A stretch of DNA of 64,000 nucleotides, taken from positions 5,024,001-5,088,000 of the forward strand of contig OZ242195.1 of NCBI GenBank assembly GCA_965205975.1, read 5' to 3'. The notes beneath the pieces are model-generated. The model did no database searches, had not been told where the DNA came from, and saw only the letters and a program-made list of their open reading frames with translations. The DNA comes from Candidatus Latescibacterota bacterium (GTDB lineage: Bacteria > Latescibacterota > UBA2968). Position 1 is the first letter of the stretch. Each line of letters begins with the position of its first letter. Shown in pieces: positions 37,285-46,971 of this stretch. Made by a program: the position numbers and the translations under genes.

Positions 37285-37998
37285 ATGGAGGACAGCGTGG
37301 AGAGATCAAAGAGTAAAGAGCCAGGTTGGAAATTCTGGTATCGCTTTTCGAGCTACAAATACACTATTCTCGCCCTTTCTGTGGTTTTTCTTTTTTTTAC
37401 AATGCCGTTGTTAGAGCGCGAGGGAGAGTATTTTTTACCGTTTCTTTTTTTACCGATTATGGCCGCGGTGCTCTGGACGTTGAGCCTTCATAGAGGGCTA
37501 TTGGCGTTGTGTTTGGCACTCGGGTTTCTGGGATTTGGTTTTCATTTAATTGTCGAGGCTATTGATCTGCCTGAGGAAATATCCAGAGTGTTTGAGATGG
37601 CAGAGACGAGTTTTTATAAACTGTTTTACGGGATATGCCTTCTGGTCTTTTTGCACCGGATTTTTTCTGAGACGACGGTCACAGCAGATACCATTCAGGG
37701 GGGGATAGCCGTTTATTTTTTGAGCGGCTTGTTATGGGCATTTTTTTATGAAACTCTGTTATTATTTAATCCAGATGCGATTTTGTTTTCGGATCAGGTT
37801 CAGGGTGAGTTTTCAGATCTCATTTATTTTTCGTTTGTAACAATGACCACCCTGGGCTATGGAGATATAACGCCTGTGAGCCGGATGGCGAAAAATCTGG
37901 CTCTTTTGGAAGCTGTTTGGGGACAAACCTATCTGGCGGTGCTGGTTGCTCGCCTGGTGGGATTGCATTTAAGTGGCAGCGGTAAATTTGATAGATGA
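37285..37998 (+). CDS. Potassium channel family protein (Ion_trans_2)
   Basis: Selectivity filter YFSFVTMTTLGYGDITP, LEAVWGQTYLAVLVARLVG; ATG 37285 with AAGGAG SD. Confidence 0.88.
   Translation: MEDSVERSKSKEPGWKFWYRFSSYKYTILALSVVFLFFTMPLLEREGEYFLPFLFLPIMAAVLWTLSLHRGLLALCLALGFLGFGFHLIVEAIDLPEEISRVFEMAETSFYKLFYGICLLVFLHRIFSETTVTADTIQGGIAVYFLSGLLWAFFYETLLLFNPDAILFSDQVQGEFSDLIYFSFVTMTTLGYGDITPVSRMAKNLALLEAVWGQTYLAVLVARLVGLHLSGSGKFDR
37916..37983 (+). repeat. Left copy of direct repeat flanking the RND cassette
   Basis: TTTGGGGACAAACCTATCTGGCGGTGCTG (37916-44) is identical to 44725-53; ATTTAAGTGGCAGCGGT (37967-83) matches 44755-71 at 16/17. Confidence 0.92.
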
Positions 37999-38015
37999 AT
38001 AGACGCACGGATACA

Positions 38016-38070
38016 GGTGCAGCCTACAACGCAGCGGTAGGTGTGCAACTGGCCGCCAGGCCAGTTCACC
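38016..38070. repeat. GTAG-type REP-like palindrome
   Basis: GTAG (38037) followed by AACTGGCC-gcca-GGCCAGTT hairpin closed by GGTG/CACC; oppositely oriented ...CCTAC half at 38016-27. Confidence 0.5.
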
Positions 38071-38099
38071 GAGTAATAGATGATATTAAGGGAAAGGTT

Positions 38100-40475
38100 A
38101 TGAATGACATAAGGTGGTGTTTCGCATTTGGCGTTTTCTTGTTTTTCTTATTAGCAGTGCCCGAAATTTGTGCTCAAAATCAAAAAGAGCGCGTCGCGAT
38201 CGGCGTACTTGTAGATGATAAGCAACAGCGAGCAGATATCGGGATTGATCAATTAAAACGCGAATTGGACGCGCTTTTGGGGGCAAAATATCATATCCAG
38301 ATTTTAGAAGATAATATTCTGAGCGCAGATTGGTCTGCCAATGTTGCTGCCAAAAACTATGATCATCTGATGGAAGACGGGGATATAGACATTATCATTG
38401 GCTTTGGCGTCTTGACCAGTTCAGTAATCGCACAAAGGGGCACCTATCAAAAACCCGTTATTGCACTGGGCATTTTTGATCCCAAATTGCAGGGTTTGCC
38501 CGCAGTTGAAAAAAACAGGTCGGGCGTTCACAATCTCACTTATATCCTCTGGTCTGATCGATTTTTGGAAAGAGAACTGGATGTTTTTTACGACATTTTT
38601 CCATATCAAAAAGTGGGCGTTGTCTTCTACGGTGAAGTGTTGAATTTGCTCGCCAGTGATATGGCTTTTGTAGAAGATATGATGCAAAAAAATCGAACTT
38701 CATTTGTATTGCTTCCATTCACTAACGAGACTGAAACCCTGTCTATGGCAATTCGCCAGGGTATTGATGCTTTCTATATCGGGTATTTGGGGCCACATGA
38801 AGGCGCAGAGAAACGCGCATTTATCGACGCCGTGAATAACAGGGGAGTGCCCTCTTTTGGTTCTTCTACGGCCGATGTTCAGCAGGGCGTTTTGGCGGCT
38901 ATCACGCCAGAAGAAAATTTCTCCAGAATTATTCGTCGCATTTCCCTGCATGTCGAAGCCATTCTCAATGGCGAAGATGCAGCGCATTTGCCCGTTTACG
39001 TGAGCTTTGAAGAAAATTTGACGCTCAATATGCAAACCGCCAACAAGATCGGGTTTTCTCCCAAATTTACCGTGCTTGCAAAGGCCGAATTGGTCAATGA
39101 ATTTGCCTCGGAAGGCGCCCGTGTCGTGAATTTGCACCAGGTGATGCGGGAAGCGATGAACACCAACCTCGATCTGAAAATCGAAGCAGGTGCTGTCGAT
39201 GCCGCGCAACAAGAGGTGTTTCTATCTCGCACCCGCTTTTTTCCTTCTTTGAGCGTTGGCGCAACAGGTGTGCAGATTGATAAAAACCGCGCCGAGAGCT
39301 CTTTTGGGCAGCAGCCAGAGCGAGTCGTCACTGGAACAGCAGGGATTAAGCAATTGATTTTCTCTGAACAGGCGATGGGCAATGTGTCTATTCAAAAATA
39401 TCTGTTACATGCGTCGGAATACGGCTACGAAAAATTAAAGCTCGACGTTATCTTAAATGCATCAGGAGCTTATTTTAACGTCTTGAGAGCTAAAATCAGG
39501 CGCAAAATTCAGCAAGACAATGTGGCCCTCATCAGGAGAAATCTCGAAATTGCCAGACAACGGGAAGCCGTCGGCTATTCCGGGCGCTCGGATGTCTATC
39601 GTTGGGAGAGCCGGTTGGCAACGGCCAATACGGATTTGTTGGCCGCCAAAAACAATGTGGCATTGGCGAAGATCCAACTGAACCAATTGCTCAATCGCCC
39701 CATTGATGATGCGTTTATCGCGCAGGAGACCACGTTGTCCGACAGTCTGTACTTTGGCTATCTGGGCAGTGTGAGAGAATATATTGATACGCCCAAATCT
39801 TTGAGTATTTATACTGATTTTCTCATACGAGAAGCCATTCACAATGCGCCGGAAATTAAGCGAGTTGCGGCAAATATCAACGCCCTGCAAAGATCGCTTC
39901 GATCATTTGAGCTGGTGCGCTTTGTTCCAACCATTGGCCTGGGCGCAGAATGGCAGCGCGTCTTGTCCCGAAGTGGTACCGGTTCGGATGTTGTCGGTGT
40001 GAATCCAGTAGATAATTCCTGGAATGTGAGCCTCAGTGCTTCGCTGCCCCTTTTTCAAGGTGGCACGACCCGCATTAATATTCAGCAGGCCCATATCGAA
40101 ATTAATAAACTCGAAGATCAACGCACGCGATTGATGCGGGTTCTGGAGTCGAATGTGCGGGCTACAATGCTGGACGTAATCGTCAAAGCGGTTAATCTCG
40201 AATCATCCCAAAAATCGGCTGAATTGGCCGATAAAAGTCTGGCACTGGTGCAAGATGGATACGCGCAAGGACGCGTCTCTATCGTCAATCTGGTAGATGC
40301 ACAAAATGCAGCGTTGGCCGCCAGGTTGAGCGCATTGGGTTCGGAGTATGAGTTTTTGATCAGCGTGTTAAAAACCGAGCGCGCTGTGGGGAAGTTCAGC
40401 ATGTTGAGCACATCTGAAGAGCAGCAAAATTTTCTCAATCGCTTTGAGGCTTATTTTAACGAGCGTGCCCGTTAA
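38100..40475 (+). CDS. TolC-family outer membrane protein with N-terminal substrate-binding-protein-like domain
   Basis: Signal peptide ending ICA-Q; N-terminal ~330 aa with IDIIIGFG, V.QGVLA, ILNGEDAAHLPV, LTLNMQTANKIG (ABC_sub_bind-like); C-terminal OEP repeats (FFPSLS, FVPTIG, SLPLFQGG, Y.QGRVSIVNLVDAQ). Confidence 0.82.
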   Translation: MNDIRWCFAFGVFLFFLLAVPEICAQNQKERVAIGVLVDDKQQRADIGIDQLKRELDALLGAKYHIQILEDNILSADWSANVAAKNYDHLMEDGDIDIIIGFGVLTSSVIAQRGTYQKPVIALGIFDPKLQGLPAVEKNRSGVHNLTYILWSDRFLERELDVFYDIFPYQKVGVVFYGEVLNLLASDMAFVEDMMQKNRTSFVLLPFTNETETLSMAIRQGIDAFYIGYLGPHEGAEKRAFIDAVNNRGVPSFGSSTADVQQGVLAAITPEENFSRIIRRISLHVEAILNGEDAAHLPVYVSFEENLTLNMQTANKIGFSPKFTVLAKAELVNEFASEGARVVNLHQVMREAMNTNLDLKIEAGAVDAAQQEVFLSRTRFFPSLSVGATGVQIDKNRAESSFGQQPERVVTGTAGIKQLIFSEQAMGNVSIQKYLLHASEYGYEKLKLDVILNASGAYFNVLRAKIRRKIQQDNVALIRRNLEIARQREAVGYSGRSDVYRWESRLATANTDLLAAKNNVALAKIQLNQLLNRPIDDAFIAQETTLSDSLYFGYLGSVREYIDTPKSLSIYTDFLIREAIHNAPEIKRVAANINALQRSLRSFELVRFVPTIGLGAEWQRVLSRSGTGSDVVGVNPVDNSWNVSLSASLPLFQGGTTRINIQQAHIEINKLEDQRTRLMRVLESNVRATMLDVIVKAVNLESSQKSAELADKSLALVQDGYAQGRVSIVNLVDAQNAALAARLSALGSEYEFLISVLKTERAVGKFSMLSTSEEQQNFLNRFEAYFNERAR

Positions 40476-40507
40476 GCAGTCCTCTATCAAATAGGGAGAG
40501 AAGTCCT

Positions 40508-41593
40508 ATGAAGCCTAAACATATATTGGTCGTTTTTTGCACAGTTTTGCTTTTTTGTTGCGGTGGCGAGAAAGAAAAAAACGAAATCATAAGGCCAGTT
40601 CGATACCAACAAGTCTTTCTCGCTGGCGACGAACAAAGCAGAATTTTGTCTGGCGTGTCAAAAGCCGGTACCGAATCAAAGTTGAGCTTTCGCGTTGGGG
40701 GCATTGTTGAAGCCGTGGATGTCAAAATTGGCGAGAAGGTCAACAAAGGCATGAAGATCGCTTCCGTTGACAATTCAGATGCCCAACTCAACTATGAAAA
40801 AGCAATTGAGACGTTGAGAAAAGTGGAGATCCAGAAAGATAATGCCCGGTCAAATTTAGACAGAGTAAAGGAATTATACGAGAACAACAATGTGTCTTTA
40901 AGCGAGTACGAGGTCGCTAAAGATAAATACGCTTCGGCAAATTCCGCTCATAACACCGAAAAAAGAAATGCAGATCTGAGGAAACGGGAACTCGATTATT
41001 ACGCGCTCTACGCGCCGATGGATGGCATTATCTCGAAGGTCGCTATTGAAAAAAATGAACAGGTCAGCCCCGGTCAGGCCGTTATTACCATCACATCCGA
41101 AGATGATATTGAAGTGAGCGTCGGTATGCCAGAAGTATTCATTTCTCGGGTCAAGACCGGCGAAAAAGTCTCCGTGAAATTTTCATCTGTTCCGGACAAA
41201 GTTTTTGATGGGACGATCTCAGAAGTGTCTTTTGCCGCGGGAACCCAATCGCCTGTCTATCCGGTTATCGTAACGGTAGAACATCCAACCAGCGACATCA
41301 GGCCGGGCATGACGGCGGATGTTACCTTTCATTTTTCTCCGCGCGATCCCGCATCTGCGGAAAGGCTGATTGTTCCGATCAGTGCCGTAGGAGAAGACGC
41401 TCAGGGCAATTTCGTGTTCACGCTCACAAAAAGTGAAAACGGTCTCGCCATAACGCATAAAAAGAAAGTAATAGTCGGAAAATTGTTCCACGATGGATTT
41501 GAAATCATTGAGGGATTGCAAAATGGTGCGCTCGTCGTCACCGCGGGCGTGGCAAGTCTCACAGAGGGCATGACGGTCAAGTTGTTGCAGTAA
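40508..41593 (+). CDS. RND periplasmic adaptor subunit (lipoprotein)
   Basis: Lipobox LFCC; IRPVR, LSFRVGG.V..V.VKIGEKV, LYAPMDGII, IRPGMTA. Confidence 0.9.
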   Translation: MKPKHILVVFCTVLLFCCGGEKEKNEIIRPVRYQQVFLAGDEQSRILSGVSKAGTESKLSFRVGGIVEAVDVKIGEKVNKGMKIASVDNSDAQLNYEKAIETLRKVEIQKDNARSNLDRVKELYENNNVSLSEYEVAKDKYASANSAHNTEKRNADLRKRELDYYALYAPMDGIISKVAIEKNEQVSPGQAVITITSEDDIEVSVGMPEVFISRVKTGEKVSVKFSSVPDKVFDGTISEVSFAAGTQSPVYPVIVTVEHPTSDIRPGMTADVTFHFSPRDPASAERLIVPISAVGEDAQGNFVFTLTKSENGLAITHKKKVIVGKLFHDGFEIIEGLQNGALVVTAGVASLTEGMTVKLLQ

Positions 41594-41606
41594 GAGGAGA
41601 TAACAT

Positions 41607-44600
41607 ATGAACATCACGGAATTTGCAATTAAAAACAATGTCGTCACATTGTCCCTGTTGGTCGTCATAATTATCACCGGGATCTCCGCTTTTCAAAATA
41701 TGTCCCGCGATGATATGCCGCCGTTTCTCGTGCGCGTTGCCAATGTCGTAACGACCTTTCCAGGGGCCAGTCCGCAACGGATGGAACTGCTCATTTCCGA
41801 TAAAATTGAAGAAGTGTGCCAGGAAGTGCCAGAGGTGGATTATATCCAGAGTGAAAATCGCACCGGTGTATCAGTTGTCTCGATATTTATCAAAGATAGC
41901 GAGAATGATCTCCAGCCGATTTTTGATAAACTGCGCCGAAAAGTAGATGCTGTGCGCAACCAACTGCCTGCCGGTGTCGCGAGCGTGAATTTCATCGACG
42001 AGGGAGCAGATGTTTATGGTATCATCCTGGGTCTAACAGCAGACGGATTTACTTATGCAGAATTAAAAGAAGCTGCAGATGCCATCCGAGATGATTTAAT
42101 TAAACTGCCAAATGCTGCAAAAATAAAGATCGTGGGTGCTCGCGAAGAGCGCGTCTATCTCGATTACGACAATGCGCGTCTGGCGGAATTGGGACTTACG
42201 CAGCAAAAACTCAAAAATGTTATTTCCAGTACTAATATCGTTTTTTCCGGCGGCGACGTCGAAGTCGGCAATGAGCGGATTATCCTGGAGCCTACGGGAA
42301 ATTTTGAACTGATAGAAGACATCAAAAAAATCATTGTTTCTTCCGAAAAAGGCGAACTGGTATTTTTGGGGGATATTGTCAATATTTATCGCGGCTATGT
42401 CGAACCTCAAAAATCGAGTGTACGCATTGATGGAAAACCGGGATTGGCCATTGGTGTCAATCTCAAAAAAGGCGGCAATATTATTGAATTGGGAAGAGAA
42501 ATTGATGCGCGTCTCGAATATTACCAGACTGTTTTGCCCTGGGGATTCAAAATCGTTAGAGCAGCTTCTCAGGATGAAGTCGTAGATGACTCCGTAAAGA
42601 ACTTCCTCGGAAATCTATACCAGGCAGTGGGCGTGGTACTACTCGTCATGCTGCTTTTTCTCGGCTTGCGTACGGGCCTTATCGTGGCTTCTCTGATTCC
42701 GATGGCGATCGTGACTACGATATTATTGATGTCGCAATTTGGCCTGGGACTGAACCAGGTTTCACTGGCCTCCCTGATTATCGCGCTCGGTATGCTGGTC
42801 GATAATGCCATTGTCGTTTCCGAATCCATTATGGTCAAAATGGATAAGGGCGAAAAAGCCATTGACGCGGCTATCGCGTCTGCCAGAGAGTTATTTATGC
42901 CACTGCTCATATCCTCATTGACGACATCCGCCGCATTCTTCGCTTTCTATATGGCAGAATCGGTCATGGGCGAAATCATGGGCGAATTATTCGTGGTGGT
43001 GAGCTTAGCACTCCTTTCCTCCTGGCTTCTTTCCATGACATTGATACCGCTTTTGTGTATTTATTTTTTAAAAGTCCGCCCCAAGGTGGAACGCGTAAAG
43101 CCGAATAGATTTCAGGCATTTTACGAGAAGATTCTGGTAGGCAATCTACAGCGTCCTTTCCTGTTTTTGAGCGGTGTGGTTGTTGTCTTTGCCATCGCCC
43201 TGTGGTGTTTTCGCTTTCTCCCCTTCATTTTTTTTCCAGATAGCGAACGCGCCCTGGTCACTGTTAATGTAGATCTGCCTTTGGGCAGTACCATCGACAA
43301 AACAGAAGCGGTGGTCAAAGCCATCGAAAACTACGTCATAGAGGAGCTCCTGGCTGGAGAAGACCGCGCGGAAGGCGTGGTTTCGTTTTCGTCGTACACT
43401 GGTGAGGGTGCGCCCCAATACGACCTGGGTTATACGGCACCAGAAGCCCTGCCCAGTTCTGCCCATATTTTGCTGAACACCAGTTCCTCAGTTGCCAATC
43501 AGCGAGTGATAGATGCGGTTGACAATTTCATTTTTCAAAATCTACCGGAGGCGAAGGGTAAGGTGAAGCGATTATCCGGCGGTGGAGACAATGCTATTGA
43601 AATTCGCATTTTTGGAGATGACCCAGAGGTGCTCTATCGACTGATGGCGGAAACCAAGGCCAAATTGCGCAGCATTGAGGGTAGCAAAAATGTTCGCGAC
43701 AGTTGGGGACCGCGCACAAAAAAATTCATCGTTGATATCGATCAACGTCGTGCGAGGCTCGCAGGTGTGACCAGTCAGGACATTGCCGTGTCTTTGCAAA
43801 CCGCGCTGAATGGCTTGGAAACCGGGCAATTTCGGGAGGGCGATAAAATTATTCCAATTGTGATGCGAAACAATCAGATGGAAGACCGCCGCATTCAGGA
43901 CCTGGAAAGCATGCATGTTTACGCGCAGCAAAGTGGTAAAAACGTACCTCTCAAGCAAGTTGCGGATATGAACATTGAGTGGCAGGCTGCGAAAATTTTG
44001 CGGCGAGACCTGATCAGAACAATTTCGGTTATGAGTGGATTGGAATCTGGATATACTGCTGCAGAGATTATGGATCACATAACGCCGTGGTTAGAACAAC
44101 AACAGAGAACGTGGCCTTCTGGATATGTGTATAAATTAGGGGGAGAAGCAGAAACGAGTGCAAATAATATCGGGGCAATTATGAACTATCTACCCCTGTC
44201 GTTTTTTATTATTGTCCTCTTGCTCATCGGTCAATTCAATTCCCTTCGCAAACCATTGATTATTTTGCTGACGATTCCGTTGGGCATAATCGGTGTGATT
44301 TTTGGGTTGTTGTTCACCGGTTCCTATTTTGGCTTCATGCCATTTTTGGGGATCATTTCCCTATCTGGCATTGTGATCAACAATGCAATTGTCTTGATTG
44401 ATCGCATTCAAATTGAAATGGATGAGTTTAAGCGCACACAACAAGATGCGATTGTAGCTGCTGCTCAACAGCGGTTCCGTCCCATTATGCTTACAACAGC
44501 AACGACGACTTTGGGTTTGATTCCGCTATGGATCGGTGGTGGCGTCATCTGGGAACCCATGGCGATCACAATTATCTTTGGATTGCTCTTTGCCACGATT

Positions 44601-44660
44601 TTAACACTGTTGGTCGTACCGGTGATGTACAAGCTCTTTTTTAAGGCGCCTGCCCCTTAA
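41607..44660 (+). CDS. RND efflux permease (AcrB/AcrD/AcrF superfamily)
   Basis: FPGASP..ME, LNQVSLASLIIALGMLVDNAIVVSE, GIVINNAIVLID, RFRPIMLT; 1017 aa. Confidence 0.93.
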   Translation: MNITEFAIKNNVVTLSLLVVIIITGISAFQNMSRDDMPPFLVRVANVVTTFPGASPQRMELLISDKIEEVCQEVPEVDYIQSENRTGVSVVSIFIKDSENDLQPIFDKLRRKVDAVRNQLPAGVASVNFIDEGADVYGIILGLTADGFTYAELKEAADAIRDDLIKLPNAAKIKIVGAREERVYLDYDNARLAELGLTQQKLKNVISSTNIVFSGGDVEVGNERIILEPTGNFELIEDIKKIIVSSEKGELVFLGDIVNIYRGYVEPQKSSVRIDGKPGLAIGVNLKKGGNIIELGREIDARLEYYQTVLPWGFKIVRAASQDEVVDDSVKNFLGNLYQAVGVVLLVMLLFLGLRTGLIVASLIPMAIVTTILLMSQFGLGLNQVSLASLIIALGMLVDNAIVVSESIMVKMDKGEKAIDAAIASARELFMPLLISSLTTSAAFFAFYMAESVMGEIMGELFVVVSLALLSSWLLSMTLIPLLCIYFLKVRPKVERVKPNRFQAFYEKILVGNLQRPFLFLSGVVVVFAIALWCFRFLPFIFFPDSERALVTVNVDLPLGSTIDKTEAVVKAIENYVIEELLAGEDRAEGVVSFSSYTGEGAPQYDLGYTAPEALPSSAHILLNTSSSVANQRVIDAVDNFIFQNLPEAKGKVKRLSGGGDNAIEIRIFGDDPEVLYRLMAETKAKLRSIEGSKNVRDSWGPRTKKFIVDIDQRRARLAGVTSQDIAVSLQTALNGLETGQFREGDKIIPIVMRNNQMEDRRIQDLESMHVYAQQSGKNVPLKQVADMNIEWQAAKILRRDLIRTISVMSGLESGYTAAEIMDHITPWLEQQQRTWPSGYVYKLGGEAETSANNIGAIMNYLPLSFFIIVLLLIGQFNSLRKPLIILLTIPLGIIGVIFGLLFTGSYFGFMPFLGIISLSGIVINNAIVLIDRIQIEMDEFKRTQQDAIVAAAQQRFRPIMLTTATTTLGLIPLWIGGGVIWEPMAITIIFGLLFATILTLLVVPVMYKLFFKAPAP

Positions 44661-44685
44661 TCACATGTCAAAAAATACGAACAAA

Positions 44686-44718
44686 AAAACGCCCAGTCCC
44701 GACAAGACTGGGCGTTTT
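44686..44718. terminator. Bidirectional intrinsic terminator between RND permease and ppk1
   Basis: AAAACGCCCAGTC-ccgacaa-GACTGGGCGTTTT. Confidence 0.8.
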
Positions 44719-44724
44719 GTGGGT

Positions 44725-44771
44725 TTTGGGGACAAACCTATCTGGCGGTGCTGTATTTAAGTAGCAGCGGT
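44725..44771 (+). repeat. Right copy of direct repeat (K+ channel 3' remnant overlapping ppk1 stop)
   Basis: 29-bp exact match to 37916-44, then a net 21-nt gap, then a 16/17 match to 37967-83. Confidence 0.92.
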
Positions 44772-46877
44772 CGATTCGATTGAGGGTGGTGTTTGGGCAA
44801 AGAAGTCGGGGATATCGACGGGTTCGCCCAGAGACAGATTCATGAGCATGTCGTGCATACAGAATGCGGGTTCGTTTTGGGCGGGTTCAATGTGACGGTC
44901 CGTGCCATCGGGCAGGAGTTCACGCGATTTGACATTGTCGGCAAAGCATGTGCTGAGGAGTTCTGATTTTATTCGTGCAATTAAGTCCGGGTCTTCGATG
45001 GGGCAAAGCGTTTCGACGCGGCGGCGCAAATTTCGAGGCATCCAATCCGCGCTGCCGATATACACATCGGGGTTCCCGTCATTTTCAAAGTAATAGACGC
45101 GGCTGTGTTCCAGGAATCGTCCGATGATGCTGCGCACTCTGATGTTGTCGCTTATACCGGGGACACCCGCACGCAGACAGCATATACCGCGCACGATCAG
45201 GTCAATTTGCACGCCGTTTTGCGATGCGCGATACAGCGCGCGGATCACTTTGGGGTCTTGAAGTGAATTCATTTTCGCGACAATACGGGCTGTGCGTCCT
45301 TTGCGGGCATGATGGATTTCGCGGTCGATTTTTTGAAGGATAGAGTCGAGCATGGTAGAGGGTGCAATGAGAAATTTGCTGACCTGGGGATGTGCAGATT
45401 GCGTGGTGAGCAGGTTAAAAATTTCGGCCACATCACTTGTGATGTCTTCGCGTGCTGTGAATAATCCCAGGTCCGTATAAAGTCGGGCTGTTGAGGGATT
45501 GTAATTGCCCGTGCCGATGTGGGCATAGCGGCGTAGCCCGTTATTGGCTTCGCGCCTGACCAGCAGCGAGAGTTTGCAATGCGTTTTAAGGCCCACGACG
45601 CCATATACGACGCATACACCCGCATCCTGAAGGCGGCGCGCCCATCGAATATTGGATGCCTCGTCAAATCGCGCTTTGAGTTCGACAACCACTGTGACTT
45701 CTTTGCCCGCCTCTGCTGCGCGAATCAGTGCATCGATAACGGGCGAATCTTCGCTGGTGCGATAGAGCGTTTGTTTGATGGCGAGCACATCGGGGTCGGT
45801 TGCCGCTGAATTGACGAATTGAACAACGGGTGTAAAGGCATCGTAGGGATGGTGGAGCAGTATATCTTTTTGTCTGATCTGATCAAAGAGGGTATCGATT
45901 TCTTCATAAGTCTGGTCGGGCGGGTGATAGGGTGAATATTTCAAATCGGATCTGGGGGTCGCGCTATAAAGTCCCATTAAACGGTTGAGATTTACCGGTC
46001 CGTTGACCTGATACACCTGATTGTTTTTTAGACTGTATGTCGATTGTAAGCGCTTGACAAGTGCCTTGCTCGCATCGGCTTCGATTTCGAGACGGACCGT
46101 GTCGCCTTTGCGCCGATTTTGTAATTCGTCTTCAATGGCGAGCAATAAGTCATCGGTTTCTTCTTCGTCCAGGTAAAGGTCGCTGTTTCGGGTGATGCGA
46201 AAAGCGGCTGTGTCGAGAATTTGATATCCCCGGAAAAGTTCGGGAATATGTGCCTGAACAATATCGGCGAGGAAGACAAAGTCGATGCGCTGGCTGTCTT
46301 CTTCTCGGGGCAAGCGAATCAGACGCGGCAATAGACGAGGAACCTGCACGACGCCGAGCAGTGTTTCACCTTCGCGGTTTTTGAGCAAAAGGGCGATGCA
46401 AAGGGCTTTGTTGATCAGGCGTGGTAATGGGTGTGCAGGACTGATGGTGAGCGGGGTTAAAACCGGGTAGAGTTCTGCGTGGCAGTAGTCGTCGAGGAAG
46501 GATTTTTCGCGTTTGGAAAGCGTGCTGATGGTGCGTATGTGAACATCTGCGTCGCGCAATGCGGGAAGGAGTTCATCGTTCCAGCAGGCGTATTGCTCAT
46601 CGACCATGCGATGGGCTTCTTTTGCAATGGCCGAAAATTGTTCTTCGGGCAAGAGGCCATCGGGTCCGTAATCGGAAATGCCCGCTTCTACTTGCTGGAG
46701 CAGGCCCGCTACGCGCACTTCAAAAAATTCGTCGAGGTTGTTGGCCACGATGCCCAGGAATTTGACCCGTTCCAGCAGGGGATTTTCAGGGGTGCGGGCT
46801 TCTTGTAATACGCGCTGATTAAAACGCAGCCATGAAAGTTCTCTATTAAGATAGAGACTGGTATCGCCGAGGTCCAT
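44757..46877 (-). CDS. ppk1: Polyphosphate kinase 1
   Basis: YLNRELSWL.FN.RVL, NNLDEFFEVRVAGL, DILLHHPY, IKQTLYRTS, ELKARFDE, LKTHCK, GTGNYN, GRFLEHSR, SADWMPRNL.RRVE. Confidence 0.97.
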   Translation of the reverse strand: MDLGDTSLYLNRELSWLRFNQRVLQEARTPENPLLERVKFLGIVANNLDEFFEVRVAGLLQQVEAGISDYGPDGLLPEEQFSAIAKEAHRMVDEQYACWNDELLPALRDADVHIRTISTLSKREKSFLDDYCHAELYPVLTPLTISPAHPLPRLINKALCIALLLKNREGETLLGVVQVPRLLPRLIRLPREEDSQRIDFVFLADIVQAHIPELFRGYQILDTAAFRITRNSDLYLDEEETDDLLLAIEDELQNRRKGDTVRLEIEADASKALVKRLQSTYSLKNNQVYQVNGPVNLNRLMGLYSATPRSDLKYSPYHPPDQTYEEIDTLFDQIRQKDILLHHPYDAFTPVVQFVNSAATDPDVLAIKQTLYRTSEDSPVIDALIRAAEAGKEVTVVVELKARFDEASNIRWARRLQDAGVCVVYGVVGLKTHCKLSLLVRREANNGLRRYAHIGTGNYNPSTARLYTDLGLFTAREDITSDVAEIFNLLTTQSAHPQVSKFLIAPSTMLDSILQKIDREIHHARKGRTARIVAKMNSLQDPKVIRALYRASQNGVQIDLIVRGICCLRAGVPGISDNIRVRSIIGRFLEHSRVYYFENDGNPDVYIGSADWMPRNLRRRVETLCPIEDPDLIARIKSELLSTCFADNVKSRELLPDGTDRHIEPAQNEPAFCMHDMLMNLSLGEPVDIPDFFAQTPPSIESTAAT

Positions 46878-46923
46878 AACACACTCCGGGGAAGAGGCGA
46901 CGGAATTGCGTTAAATGTCAGGT

Positions 46924-46953
46924 ATTATAATGCGGTATTGAGCAGTTTGTCAA
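46924..46953 (-). promoter_or_regulatory. Consensus sigma70 promoter of ppk1
   Basis: Minus strand TTGACA (46953-48), 18 bp, TATAAT (46929-24). Confidence 0.7.
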
Positions 46954-46971
46954 ATAAAAACGGCGATCTTG

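Noticed and set aside
38016..38070. Integron attC site
   Set aside because: No RYYYAAC...GTTRRRY core pair with proper spacing and no integrase; it fits a GTAG REP-like hairpin better.
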